Part shown: one piece after another, positions 40,501 through 52,500 of the stretch | Layout of the letters: each line of letters starts with the position of its first letter | Numbering within the stretch: the stretch's first letter is position 1 | Assembly: GCA_002633005.1 (NCBI GenBank) | Contig: NMRA01000023.1 | Span: forward strand, 1,468,689-1,532,688 | Source of the DNA: Phoronis australis | Taxonomy: Eukaryota > Animalia > Phoronida | Direction: 5' to 3' | Length of the DNA stretch: 64,000 bases | Position numbers and translations under genes: made by a program | The notes under the pieces: model-generated | The model's database searches: none | What the model was told of the DNA's origin: nothing | The model's input: only the letters and a program-made list of their open reading frames with translations

Positions 40501-43500
40501 GCCCCACTGATTGCGCTGACTTGAATAAGGGGTTTCATAGACCTTAACCACAACAGAAACCAATTTATCCGATATCTTATGTAAAGTTCGTGGAAATTCG
40601 CCGTTTTGTACCTTAGCAAATCACCGTTGCTACCAATTTAATCTCACGCTTAACCGACAGTGGAAATTTTATTGCTGGATTTCCTCACAAGTTGGGTTTT
40701 CGCTGAAACCTTTCTTTTATCTTTTTCGTCTATCATTTTTATGATAGGAAACTTAACTTGTGGCAAATAGCCAGTTAACTTCTTAGTAAACATTGCGTAA
40801 GAATTCAATAGACTTATGTACTGATCGAGGGGTTAGTTCAATATTATCTTTATAGCGTGTAAAGTAGCTGCTACTGAAAGAATAGTTCTCTCCTGTGAAT
40901 GGCAAATTGATTGCTTACCTTTAATTAAACTGATCCGATAGACGATAGTGCACCGCTTTGTAAGCATAAAATTGGAATGTCCAACAGTTCAGTAGGAGAG
41001 CTTATACATTTATCTGTAACCGACATTGAAGCTCAAGAACTCGTCTGATCCACGACGTCAGTTTCCTTATATTACTTAAGCAAGTGCAATGTTTTTGATG
41101 ATGATTACAGGGTTTAGCCAAAATTAAAACGCTATAAATTCTGGCAATTATACCAAACGTGAATAAAGTAATGAAAATGCACAAAAGAAGAACACAATAT
41201 CCATTTACTTCCATGGTAGGTTTGCAACCAAGGATACAGTAACAAATCAAATCAACGAATATCAACACCAAAGAGCAGGAGCAACCAATATTTCTCAGTG
41301 CATTCGAGCATCAAACTTCTCTTCATCAAACACAGACAGTCCGAGTATACAAAATGGCTAGCGTTGCGGTCCGTCATCAACTAGGGTCAGTACCACGGGG
41401 TATCCGTAATCACAAAGGATTTTAAAGTGTAATAAATCAGCAGCTATGGACCGATAACAGTCTGACAGTATCACAAGTGGGGCTCTCACCTGTGTCATAC
41501 AATACCTGTTGATTAGTGACAGTCTGTGATGTTTCTTGCGATTTTGATTACGATTTCCTTAGTCTAAGGATTTGTCAGGTTATGGAAAGGCGAGAGGAGG
41601 AAGTGACAGAAACCTTGATAATAAAAAACAAGAGTTTCCACGTGTTTTTATTGCTTGACTCCCATGCGTGACAAGTGTCACAAGTTCACGACCTAAAATA
41701 GCGCGATTAGATAAAACCCACGACATAAGTTCATTGTTACAAAGCTTAGGGTGAAATATTGTCGACTTATGTGCTCTCATTCCGCGCAGTTTTCGTCGAT
41801 ATTGTATCATACTCTTATTACGAGACCTTTTGCACAAGTACACGAAGACGTCGTACGGAAATTGACGAGAATTGCACCGACTGAGCGTTGTCGCGAGTGC
41901 CATGGACTAAAGATATTTTGACATCGATGAACAAAGAGTGGAGATTGCAAATGATATCAAAACGGTGTTTGTAACTCGTAAGAGTTGAAAATGAAAACTG
42001 TAGATGAGTTATCTCATAGTGATGTCCATTGATGGAAGATGGCAGATATTGTTGGCGGTAGACAATTTGCTGTCGTTCTACTGGTCTCAAACACTACTCC
42101 CTGCTGTTCAAATTAAACACGAGTTCTGAGAGAACCGACAGTCCGTTATTGGTTGCAACAAGACTCATCTTCCGGCCCATGAATCTATACGTGGGCTACG
42201 CCAGCTCATTGAGTGTGTACCTCGTCAAGCTGTTACGAGCTATTAGTTATTCCTAAGTGCTGGGGTCTTTTTCATGAAAAGTGACTTAAGATCTAAGTCA
42301 GGTCTTACTCTCATCACGACTGTTTGTGAAAACTAAGTACATGTAAATCTCACTTGAGCAAATATGCAAAGTGTCTGAGAATAAGGCATAACTGCTAGTC
42401 AGTATAAAAATTGTTTCTAGAAATTATTTCTAGACTGTGATGCACTCATAATTACTTGATTAAAACTTTATTCCGCAACTGTGACTAAAGTGTGAGCGTA
42501 AGGCTAAGTTAATCTTACGTCTGGAGTCACTTTTCATCAGTGAAACAGATCGTAGAAATCAATTCTTTCCAGAGTAAAAACAAATTGAAACTAACGTTGC
42601 AGCTGTAAATGGTAAAAGTGACGATTACGATTCGTCTCCAATCTTTGACACGAATACAGGAGTCGATAAGTTTTAGATATGATCACCAAATTTCTACCCG
42701 TGGGCACGGGGTGTAACATTCATTTAATATTGTGTATACCCCGAAGGCATGCATAGCCCAAAGGCATTCTTTAAGTGTGGCGAGGACAAACACTATTTTC
42801 ACACCTGGCTTCACCTTTACAAGAAAAAGTTTTTGAAGTTAACGACGCCCGGCTTCTTTAGGACGACCAGTGGGAACATAGTGTGAGCTGGACGTGTTTA
42901 GATGCTTGGTAACAATGGCAGCTTTATAAAGACTTTGTCTTAACGCCCACCCATGCGTCGTGGATCGTGTCCGTAAGATACATCCACAGTTTGAACACTA
43001 TAAGAACGTCATTCACAATGAGAGATGAGCACATTGTTTACAAAAACGCCTAACAAAAATCACCCAAGCAGTCAATGTTCGTTACCAAACCGAACGCCTG
43101 ATAAAGCTTCGTTTGTGTTCCACTTTTTGGCATTTGAAGTTCACCCTGTATCACTCACATAATATCACTCACATGTTTTTTTTTAATGACACGATTCTAT
43201 TTCCGTAACCATTAGCGACTGAATAAAACGCTTCGGACTTTACTGGGGTTGGGCCATCTTAAGATTGCGTATTACTTTGACTTGATTTGGAAAAGTAGAT
43301 CCTAACATAGTAAGGAATATTATCAGGCAGATGTTATGAGAGTAAAATGCTTGATTCGATTTCCGTTTTTAGCCAGCTACGCAGGGTGGAATACTGCTTT
43401 TATAAACGCTATAACCAATCGTTTTAATATGCGACGGCCACTCAAAGTGGTTAATTGTCGTATTAAATTATACCAACTTAAGACTTACATGTATTATTAT

Positions 43501-46500
43501 TACTACCTAGAGTGAAAAGAAAACAGAACGCGTGCGTGATAGGTTACTGCAAATGTATTGACGAAAAATAACCATCGGGTAAGCGTACGGGAACGTGATT
43601 TGTTTAGCAAAGCACATTTCAGAGTTACGAAAGGAAAATATTGTGAGCAGAGGGTTATTCAATTCACTGAAGACTATGACAGGGCAGAAAGCAGTTCGCC
43701 ATGCTAAAGAACAAACACAGCCTACGACAGGTGTCTCACCTGATCCGCTTGGGTGTTGTGACACCAAACACGGAAAATTTTAATACTTTAAAATATGCAA
43801 ACTTTAGCTATTCTGTATTATGTCTGTAGTCAAATTCTTTCAATAGGGACTTACACAGTTTCCATTGTGAAATTGAGCCGCTCATGGCCCCTGGGAATCA
43901 AGCATCAACCGGTGTGTTCCATTCTCTCAAATGGAATTTTAGATGCCAATATATCATTATTAGACTCAGCAGTTTATTTCGCCTAAATGAACAATCATAA
44001 TAATCAAATGCATTGCCAATTTAGTGTTTGCTTTCGTGTCATAAACAAAATTTATGTTTGATAACTGAAGGCAAGCACAGTTATGAAGGAAAAGACGGTT
44101 ATTTGACACTCAACCGTTCATGGTTATGTTTCATCTTGTTTTGGAGGTTTTGCAACTTAAAATTGCTTCTAGGTTTAAGTTCTTCATTTAAGATGACGTA
44201 AAAGTTCAGCACCTTTGGAAAATGGAAAGTGACAGGAATTGTGAGCCAACGTATTAAAATTTTAAGTCTCTTTATAATTTCAAGATTTTGACCTGTTGCA
44301 AAGCCAACAAGTTATCGTAAGTCTTGAAGAGGTTCATAGTTTTTATTTGTACATGATCACTAATCGCTGATAAGCACCGTGTTCATCCGTGTTGAAGTGT
44401 TTACTGATTCACTGGTCACATAACACGGAGAAGACACTACGAAGGGTCGATGCCCGTCCCGTGTTCATCACTGCAGTCACAAACGCAGACGGTAATATAA
44501 ACCTTCCAACATTTTAAACAAATTTCTTAAAAAAAAAAAAACATAAAGGCAAACGACCATTTTTTTATTCACATTCTCTAATAGAAGACTATACTCATAT
44601 ATACAAGTAAAGCTGCAGGGTCCCCTTTACGGATAAGCGCATTACGACATCACAATACGTTGTCAATTGCTGTGCACACAAGTTACGAAACTCGATGTTG
44701 TTTTAAAGTGTTTCAATGTTTACCGTGAAAACTGAAGTTCCCCTTTAATATGTTTACGTTTGAAACATTTCTTAATAACATTTGTCACGTCAAACAATAC
44801 GCTTTCCCCAATCTAAGTGTCAACGGGTGCGAATTAGCCACGCATTCAATGTTGAGTGTGTTGTTTTATTTTGACCAAACTCTTCATTGGTACTGTACAA
44901 CACATCTACAGATTTTGTATGGGGGTTGGCTTCAGATACAAATGCATCCAAAAACACAGGAAATAATGAGTAACCTGTGAACACAAACATGGAGATATCG
45001 TGTTGGAGCATCACAATTCTGTCTTTGTGTCAACTGTTACACCCTCAAAATGACGGCCTTTAATTTCATAAAGTTCGCGTGCACCCAAGTGCCGACTTGT
45101 AGTTAATGAACGGCTGCATGGTTTGGTACAACGACTCTTTTCAGGTTACCAGGAATATTCAACAAATCTTGCAGACAACCTCAGGTATATAAGTGGCCAA
45201 TTACACTCAGGGATACATACAGATCCATACACCACTACCCTACTTCTAGTGTCCTATCTTTATTTTTTCGGTGTAACAGTCGTGGATCTACACAAGTTAT
45301 GAGTGAGAGACACATTAGTTAAACTATTTACTTATTTCCACCACATTTAAAAATTCCAAAAGCAAGTAAAAGAATCGGAAGCCTGGTAAACGATCAATCA
45401 TCAACAAGCAGACGTCAACTGGTTGACAGTTTGAAGATACGATCTTTTCAGTAAACAACATGATATGCCACAAAACACTAAACACGAACTCCGGCACATT
45501 CAGGGGTTCTACATTTTGGCAACCAGTTTCCACGTGCTGTAATTAGTCAACACTTCTGGCCTTGTGGCATGGATCATGATGAAACACCAGGCAGATACTG
45601 AGAGCAAAACCTTGCTCAGTTTAATAAAGGGGGTCCAATTTTAACTCGGGCCTGTGGTTTAACTCCCTCGACTAAGTTCAAAATGAGTGCCAAGGTAGAA
45701 TAGAAAACATTTTGTTTATGATAATAACCAACTGTGCAACTTCTCCCCTGAACGTTTAGAAAGTAAAGTCAACGGATTTACAGCGTCATTAATTCAGCTA
45801 TAATTTGTAAGAAAAATGTTAATGTTAATGTTATGTTAATATTATGGTCACATGTTAATATTATGATCATTAGTATCCATAGGATTGTCCTCATTATTGT
45901 TTCCCAATTACTCGTTTGCGTAGGTTGTGATCAGAACGGTCCGCTGGGGATGATCACGGGGGAGATCCAGGACGGACAGATCACAGCGTCGTCGTCCTAC
46001 CCGCAGGAGTGGGACAAGGGATGCCACGAGAAGTTTGCCCGCATCTACCAGCCCAACGGGAAGGGATGGTGTGCCAAATACAAGTCGTCCTCTGAATGGC
46101 TCCAGGTGGACCTCGGCGTCGCCGCCAAGGTAAGAACGCTAAACCGGAAGCAACTATGCTGCGTCTTAATGAAAACGGCGGCGCCAAAACGACTGAGAAT
46201 AAAACAATAGTGAAATTGCTGTCTCTACACAGTCGCAAACTTTCATTACGAATTGACAATTTGTAACTCACTAACTAGAATTTAACTTAATTTGTGGTAT
46301 AAAACTAAATACCTACACGCGCTTTTCTGCAAACTTCTACAGAGTAAAGTTTACCACTTTTATGTGACTTAAAAGTCAGCAACGAACACAGTTCCTTGAC
46401 TGGCAAGCAGTGAAAACAGGGATGACTTTTTCGAGTAAAACTAATGCGATTCCTTGGTTTGCTTAATAGCGATATCTCGAGAGGTCTTGAATGATCTTGC

Positions 46501-49500
46501 GTTTTTGTGAGTGTAACTGTATCTATGGAACGGGCACTTCAGTACTACGCCTCACTGCGTTGCAGCCAGGTTTTGCTACTAAATTGTCTCCCTCGTGTCA
46601 CTCTTGGCCTCACAACTTGTCACAATCCTCTGCGGAACGTAGCGAAGTTGGCTTACCAGAAAATATCATTTACACGCTTACCTGGTGATTTAATTCATCA
46701 AGTTAATTACACGACGAATAGAAAGGAAGTTTGACAACAATGACGTATGATTGAACTTTTAACGGCGAGTTAATGAGGAATGTCGTTAACTACGTAAACA
46801 CCTTTAGGAGATGATCTGGCATTTTCGTTGTTACCTAATAGAGGCTATTGGAAACATTCACCACAGGTTCTAACTTCCAATGAGGGCTCTTGTAATTTGA
46901 AAATTTGATAAGATGACAGTAGTGGCAAAATCGTGCCCGATTTACGAAATACAAAAAGACAATTACGAAACTGTAAATGAACACCTAAGAGGCAAAAGAT
47001 TGACTGAGAACAGATTTCTGGATTTCTGAAAGAAGCTTAATCTTTACCACCCACAGTGACATCTGTTGTAAATGAAAACGAGCGGAATGCATGACGGAGA
47101 ATGGAGTTGCTTATGTAATGCAAAGACTGCTACGAAATAATTCAAAATGTCGTTCAATGACGTTGTTGTTGACTGGTGCACAAACTGATAATAAGCATTC
47201 AATGAGCGTGCATTTTTTGTGAAAATGAGTCCGGAAATTTTACATTCTCCCTGAGACAACGCCTAATGGCCCATCTTCTGTGTAATATGATGCGAGTGTC
47301 ATCATGGCGTTAAATCGCGACTGGTATGCAGTGGAGTAGTCAAACGATTCATAAAAAATGTTCAACCTCCTAAAATGTCAGAGAATGAAAGAAAGTGTCT
47401 TTTGTCCCTGTAAACTTTGCCATCTTAATGCTGAACTCAACAAAAACATGGGTCCAGCGAAAGACACTTTTGGATTCACAGAACACGTTGTACATGCAAA
47501 ATGTTCCCTATTAGAGAACTATGTCAACCTATAGGTGTGAAAGAACATCACTACACCTGGGCAACAGTCAAATACAGTTTAATCACCATCAATACAACAC
47601 CTCTATACTAAACGTTGTACAGAGCGAATAGACAGTCATGTCAACAACCTTTTTAAATCGTGGAAAATGAACAATGAATCACTTTAACGAGTCACCTTGA
47701 CAGGCGGCAATTTACAATGAGATGACTTCTGCTGCACTCTGTCCCTGGGAATTCATTTGAATTTGATCGCAGTTTACAATCAAACAGTTATTTAATTGAA
47801 AAGCGGATTTCAGTAGATGTTCCGCCATTATATGCACGTGGTTAAGTACGTTAGCTCAGACAGTTCCGATAGCAACGGTGAAACCGCGATTGGGCATAGC
47901 TGCCGGTAGCTTGAAATCAGACTGACCTTGGTATAAGTAACTAATCCATTGTTCCCTAAATGCTCGGCATTTTCTCCATTAAATTTCATTGCTTCAGTTA
48001 CGGATTATATTAAAGCCAGCTCACATATCTTGACTCTAGTGGTAGACACGGCGGAAGATCACAGGAGCGCGCCACAGCGGGAAAATATCGTGGCACCAAA
48101 GAGATTACGTCGAAATGCTTTGTGCACTAACGTATTAAAATTGAAAAGGAAACAACGTACGGAATTAAATCCTCGCAGGCTGTATTCGCCCATAAAGCTA
48201 AATGATTGCAGATGAAAAATAATGAACAAAATCTGATTGTACAGTTCACACCTATGCCGGAGATATCGATGAGAATTTCAAATTGCATCTGTTTGAAGTG
48301 AGGAACGACATTGCTGTTAATCTTTACTGGGACTAGATTTGTGAACGTTGGACGTTGAAGAGCAAATGTGTACCGAATAATTCCATTGAATTGGCTTCAT
48401 AATTGCCCTTGTCCGCTCATGATAGCCACTGGTTTGTCATGAAGCAGCACAATTTTGAATAATACGGAAATGCCGGAGAAATCTTTTTTCTACCACGACA
48501 CGAGTAGGCCCGATTTACGTGCTATATAATTTTGTTGAGGTAGTGATTAAAAAGCAATCCCGTTAAGTCTACCATAGATGCAAATAACTTTTAATGCAAA
48601 TGGCAATGCCCAAGTGATGTAGTCGTAGCAAAAATAGAAGGAGGAACGGAATACAAAGAAGAACCAAAGATGTCGACAGCCCCATACTTAGTACAGTTAC
48701 AAGATACGCAATATTTGTAGAAATGAAACATACCGTGAAATTTACTCAACAATATACCAGAAAAGGAATTTTACTGAGACAGTGTGGGCACATCGTCCCG
48801 CACCTACCCCTGAATCACTCCTACCCGGCACACAGTAGTTCTCTTACACGTCTGTGATGCTACGTTTCAGGTGACTGGAGTTATGACCCAGGGTCGTGGT
48901 GACGGCGTCGAATGGGTTACTTCGTTTAAGGTATCCTACAGCGTCGACGGTGTCACGTGGAAATATGTCGAGGACCAGTACGGCAACCAAAGGGTAAAAC
49001 TTGATGCCTCTTATGTGAGCAAGTTGAACTCTTGGAAACAACAAATTGATTAAGAAAAACACAGCTGACAGAAAATTCTTACACCATACAAATGTGTTTG
49101 TAGTTTATTTCTTGTTTTTTCGGGGACACGATTACGAGCTATTGAGCAAACAAGACCTGAAACCTTGACGAAAAGAAATGTAATTCATAACGTTCCAATC
49201 ATTTAGAGATCATGCACTCATTCTAATCTCCCGTTTCAGTTGTTTGAAGGAAACACAGACTCGTACTCAGTAAAACACTCATATCTGGACTCGCCCGTAA
49301 AAGCGCGCTACGTCAAGTTCCATACGGTTCACTGGAACAGGCACCCTAGTATGAGAGTAGAGGTGATTGGATGTCAGAGTAAGTGAATTCTACATTGAAA
49401 TATTCCCAACTCACTACGCAATCAATGGAGTCCCTTTTTATAGCTAGGATTGCTTCATTTTCAAGAGCTTAGTTTATCAGAGCTAGGGGACACTAAGAGT

Positions 49501-52500
49501 AAAGATACACTAAAATTCAATTATAAGTAAATGTGTTCCATGCAGTTCCCTCTATCATTGAACACCGATACATGTTCAACAAGAAAAACAATATAAAACG
49601 ACGGATTTGCTCCGCAGGACAAACCACCAAAAATTTAGATATTAAATTTTCGCCTTCGTTCTGTAGGATGTAAGCAGCTTCTGGCCCTGCCTCCGTACGG
49701 CAAATTGACAGCGTCATCGTCACACCCTTTCAGGAAGCACAGTTCGTGTCAACCAGCGGATGGTCATATCCTTAGCAACAAGGCGTGGTGCTCTAGGCGG
49801 AAGGATGGTAAGTACTTTAAATTTTCATGTACTGAATAGCTGGCCAGAATGAGAGCTGATATGTTACTCAATGTTTGTGCATAAGGCATGAGGCTGAGCA
49901 ATGTTCTTCACCTCCGATCATTTTGAAGGTTTTTTCAGTTTATGTATTATTTAAGGTTCTCTGTTCAGATAGCACTGTGGGTAATGGCTACACAGAAGTA
50001 AAGCAGTAGCTTGACAAGTTTCAGTTTTCTTAATTTTTTCCTGGCAATTGTCTCCGATTGCCAATATTAACATACGGGGCAAAGGCGCATGTAGTGAATA
50101 TGCACGGATAAGTCGCGCCTAGCATGCATTGAAATGGGCCAAATGAACTTGGCATGAGTACTAAATTACTGGCACTTCATCTAATGATCCAATTTTCAAT
50201 CTTCCTTCTAGCCTACACTGGTAAGACAACATTTGCACGTCTTATTTCTCTTCTTTACTTCAATTTACACCTTCTTTTTTATAATCTCTAGTTTTACTCC
50301 CACTCTTTCCTAAATACATATCTACTTATTATCTTTGTCTCATGAGCCGTATTCTTCGGACCCCTGTATGACAGAGGGAGACCTAGAGCGAGACAAATAC
50401 CTTGAATGTGCACCGAGTTCATTCACCGACAATTTAAGTCCCAAATTCGTTTCCAGATGGTCAGTGGTTACAATATGACATCGGTCCGCCTACGACCATC
50501 ACAGGCTTGGTGACCAAGGGCCGCGGCGACACCGGAAGAAAACACTGGGTAAAACAGTTCCGATTGTCGTACAGCAACGACAGTAGAATCTGGTACTACT
50601 ACAAAGAGGAAGGCAGCATTACACAACCTAAGGTATGTTGGATCTTTGCTCCCATCGTAAAAAGCATAACTGCTAGTCGGTGTGCAGGACGTGGCTTAGC
50701 TCTCTTGAAAACTTAACGTGAATCCATAGCGTGTGAAAAGCCTATCCTTAAGTATCAGCTGCAGCTTACTGTCCAACTCTCCACCACCAACCAGTGCTTA
50801 TTTTGTGTCTCGAATTCCCATAGTTCAAGTTCTTCGATAACCCCTTCTTCAACTCAACAGTTACCATACAGAGTCTGTTTCGTCCTTAGACCCCCGTGTT
50901 TTTCAAGCACGGCGCCAACAGTAGCCAAGCGCCGCTTCCCGATACCTATTCTCCCGACGGATTGGTAAGACACATCCACGACCACGCAATTTGTTGTCGA
51001 CAAACTAATTCCAGCACACGCATTCTCCCCACGTTGAACCTCACTAACGACACAGACACACCCTGGAACTAACACAAATATTTAAAGCTGAATTTCGCAC
51101 TGCTTAGCTGCTTAAAATGAAAATTGAATTTGACTTTTACTTGTATAAAATGGGTCTCGCAATATTCCTGTCCGTGATAGGTTTCTACCTCCATGACTTC
51201 AATTGATAACAGAAATAGAATCTTACCACGGCAAGGGATATTAGGAAACCAATATTACGAGAGTAAAAGACCTAACTCGATTTTCGTTTCAGCCAGCTAA
51301 ATAGAACCAAATGCAGCTTTAAAAATAACAATTTGTCGCTTTTGTTAACTTTTGTCGTATATTCCGTTTCACTGAAGCACGTGCGTGGCCTTGTATCGAT
51401 GTTCGAATTCAGTTGGATTCCAACTAACCACATCTTTCTTTACTACTGCTTGAAGAAAATAACCATGAACTACAGGAAGGATATCACATCAGTAAACGCA
51501 TGCCGCATGTGTGGAAGCACCGTGATTTCGTTTCTTGGGAAGAAAAATTGGTTTTCAAACGTTGTCCAATGAATGCAAATAAAGACTGTGTTACTACTTT
51601 TTGTTACAACTGTCTGAGATACGAGAAGCTTCTTAACGAGTGTTCTTACAAGATCAACTGAGCTGAAGTAAAATCATAATTCTAAAATGTCTCAAGGACA
51701 ACCCCCCACAGGTGCTTGAATGTATTTGAATATTCTTTGTCGTTTCCAGTTCGCAAGGAGCAGATCTTAACTTAAACAGAATTCTTTGGTATGATTATGC
51801 AAATATCTATTACTCAGCATCCACATGTTGCTGAACATTCAAAGAAATGAAAAAGAGCCGCACGGCACACGAAACCTCGAAACATTCTATGTCAGAAATA
51901 GTCCTTTTCCAATAGCAAACGAAGTACTGAATGACAACATTGGCGGCTATCTTACGACGTTCTTCCTTTTCCAGGTATTTAGCGGGAACGTGGACAAACA
52001 TCACGAGCACTACCACTATCTTTCCACTCCATTCATTGCTAGATACATTAGATTCCATCCCATTGAATGGGAGAAGGCTATCAGTATGCGTGCTGGGCTC
52101 ATTGGCTGCCCACACCACGGCCAGTGTGGAGAAGGCTTCATTCGAGTCAACAAAGAAGCACCTTGTGGTAAGAACTTATAAGGATTTGGTTATAACGCTT
52201 TACGAGTTGGATACGTAGGGGAGGAATTATCAGTAGGCCAAAGTTGAATCTAGTAAAAACCTTTTGCAAACCGCAATCCACTAGGTCTTTAAAGAACGTA
52301 TTCATGCTTGAAATGAGTACTGTAGTCGGTGTCACCAAAATAGAAAAATCGAAAACGCAAGTATACCGCGGTGCAGCAGAGATCGCGAACTGACTGCCAA
52401 TAACCTCCTCAAGTATTGCAATTTCGAACTTCGTCGTGAGTTCTGTTTTTCATCCACTCAGTGATTTCGTTGTAGTTGAAAACTTGGCATACCGGAAGCA

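Noticed and set aside
45145-45184. Possible 40-nt micro-exon (ttttcag|...cag|gtatat) between the signal and discoidin exons
   Set aside because: Weak donor and it breaks the frame; the flanking exons already join in phase without it
45924-52167. Naming the gene MFGE8, EDIL3, neuropilin or F5/F8
   Set aside because: No EGF, RGD, CUB, MAM or A domains were found, and the C-terminal F-lectin-like domain fits none of these genes
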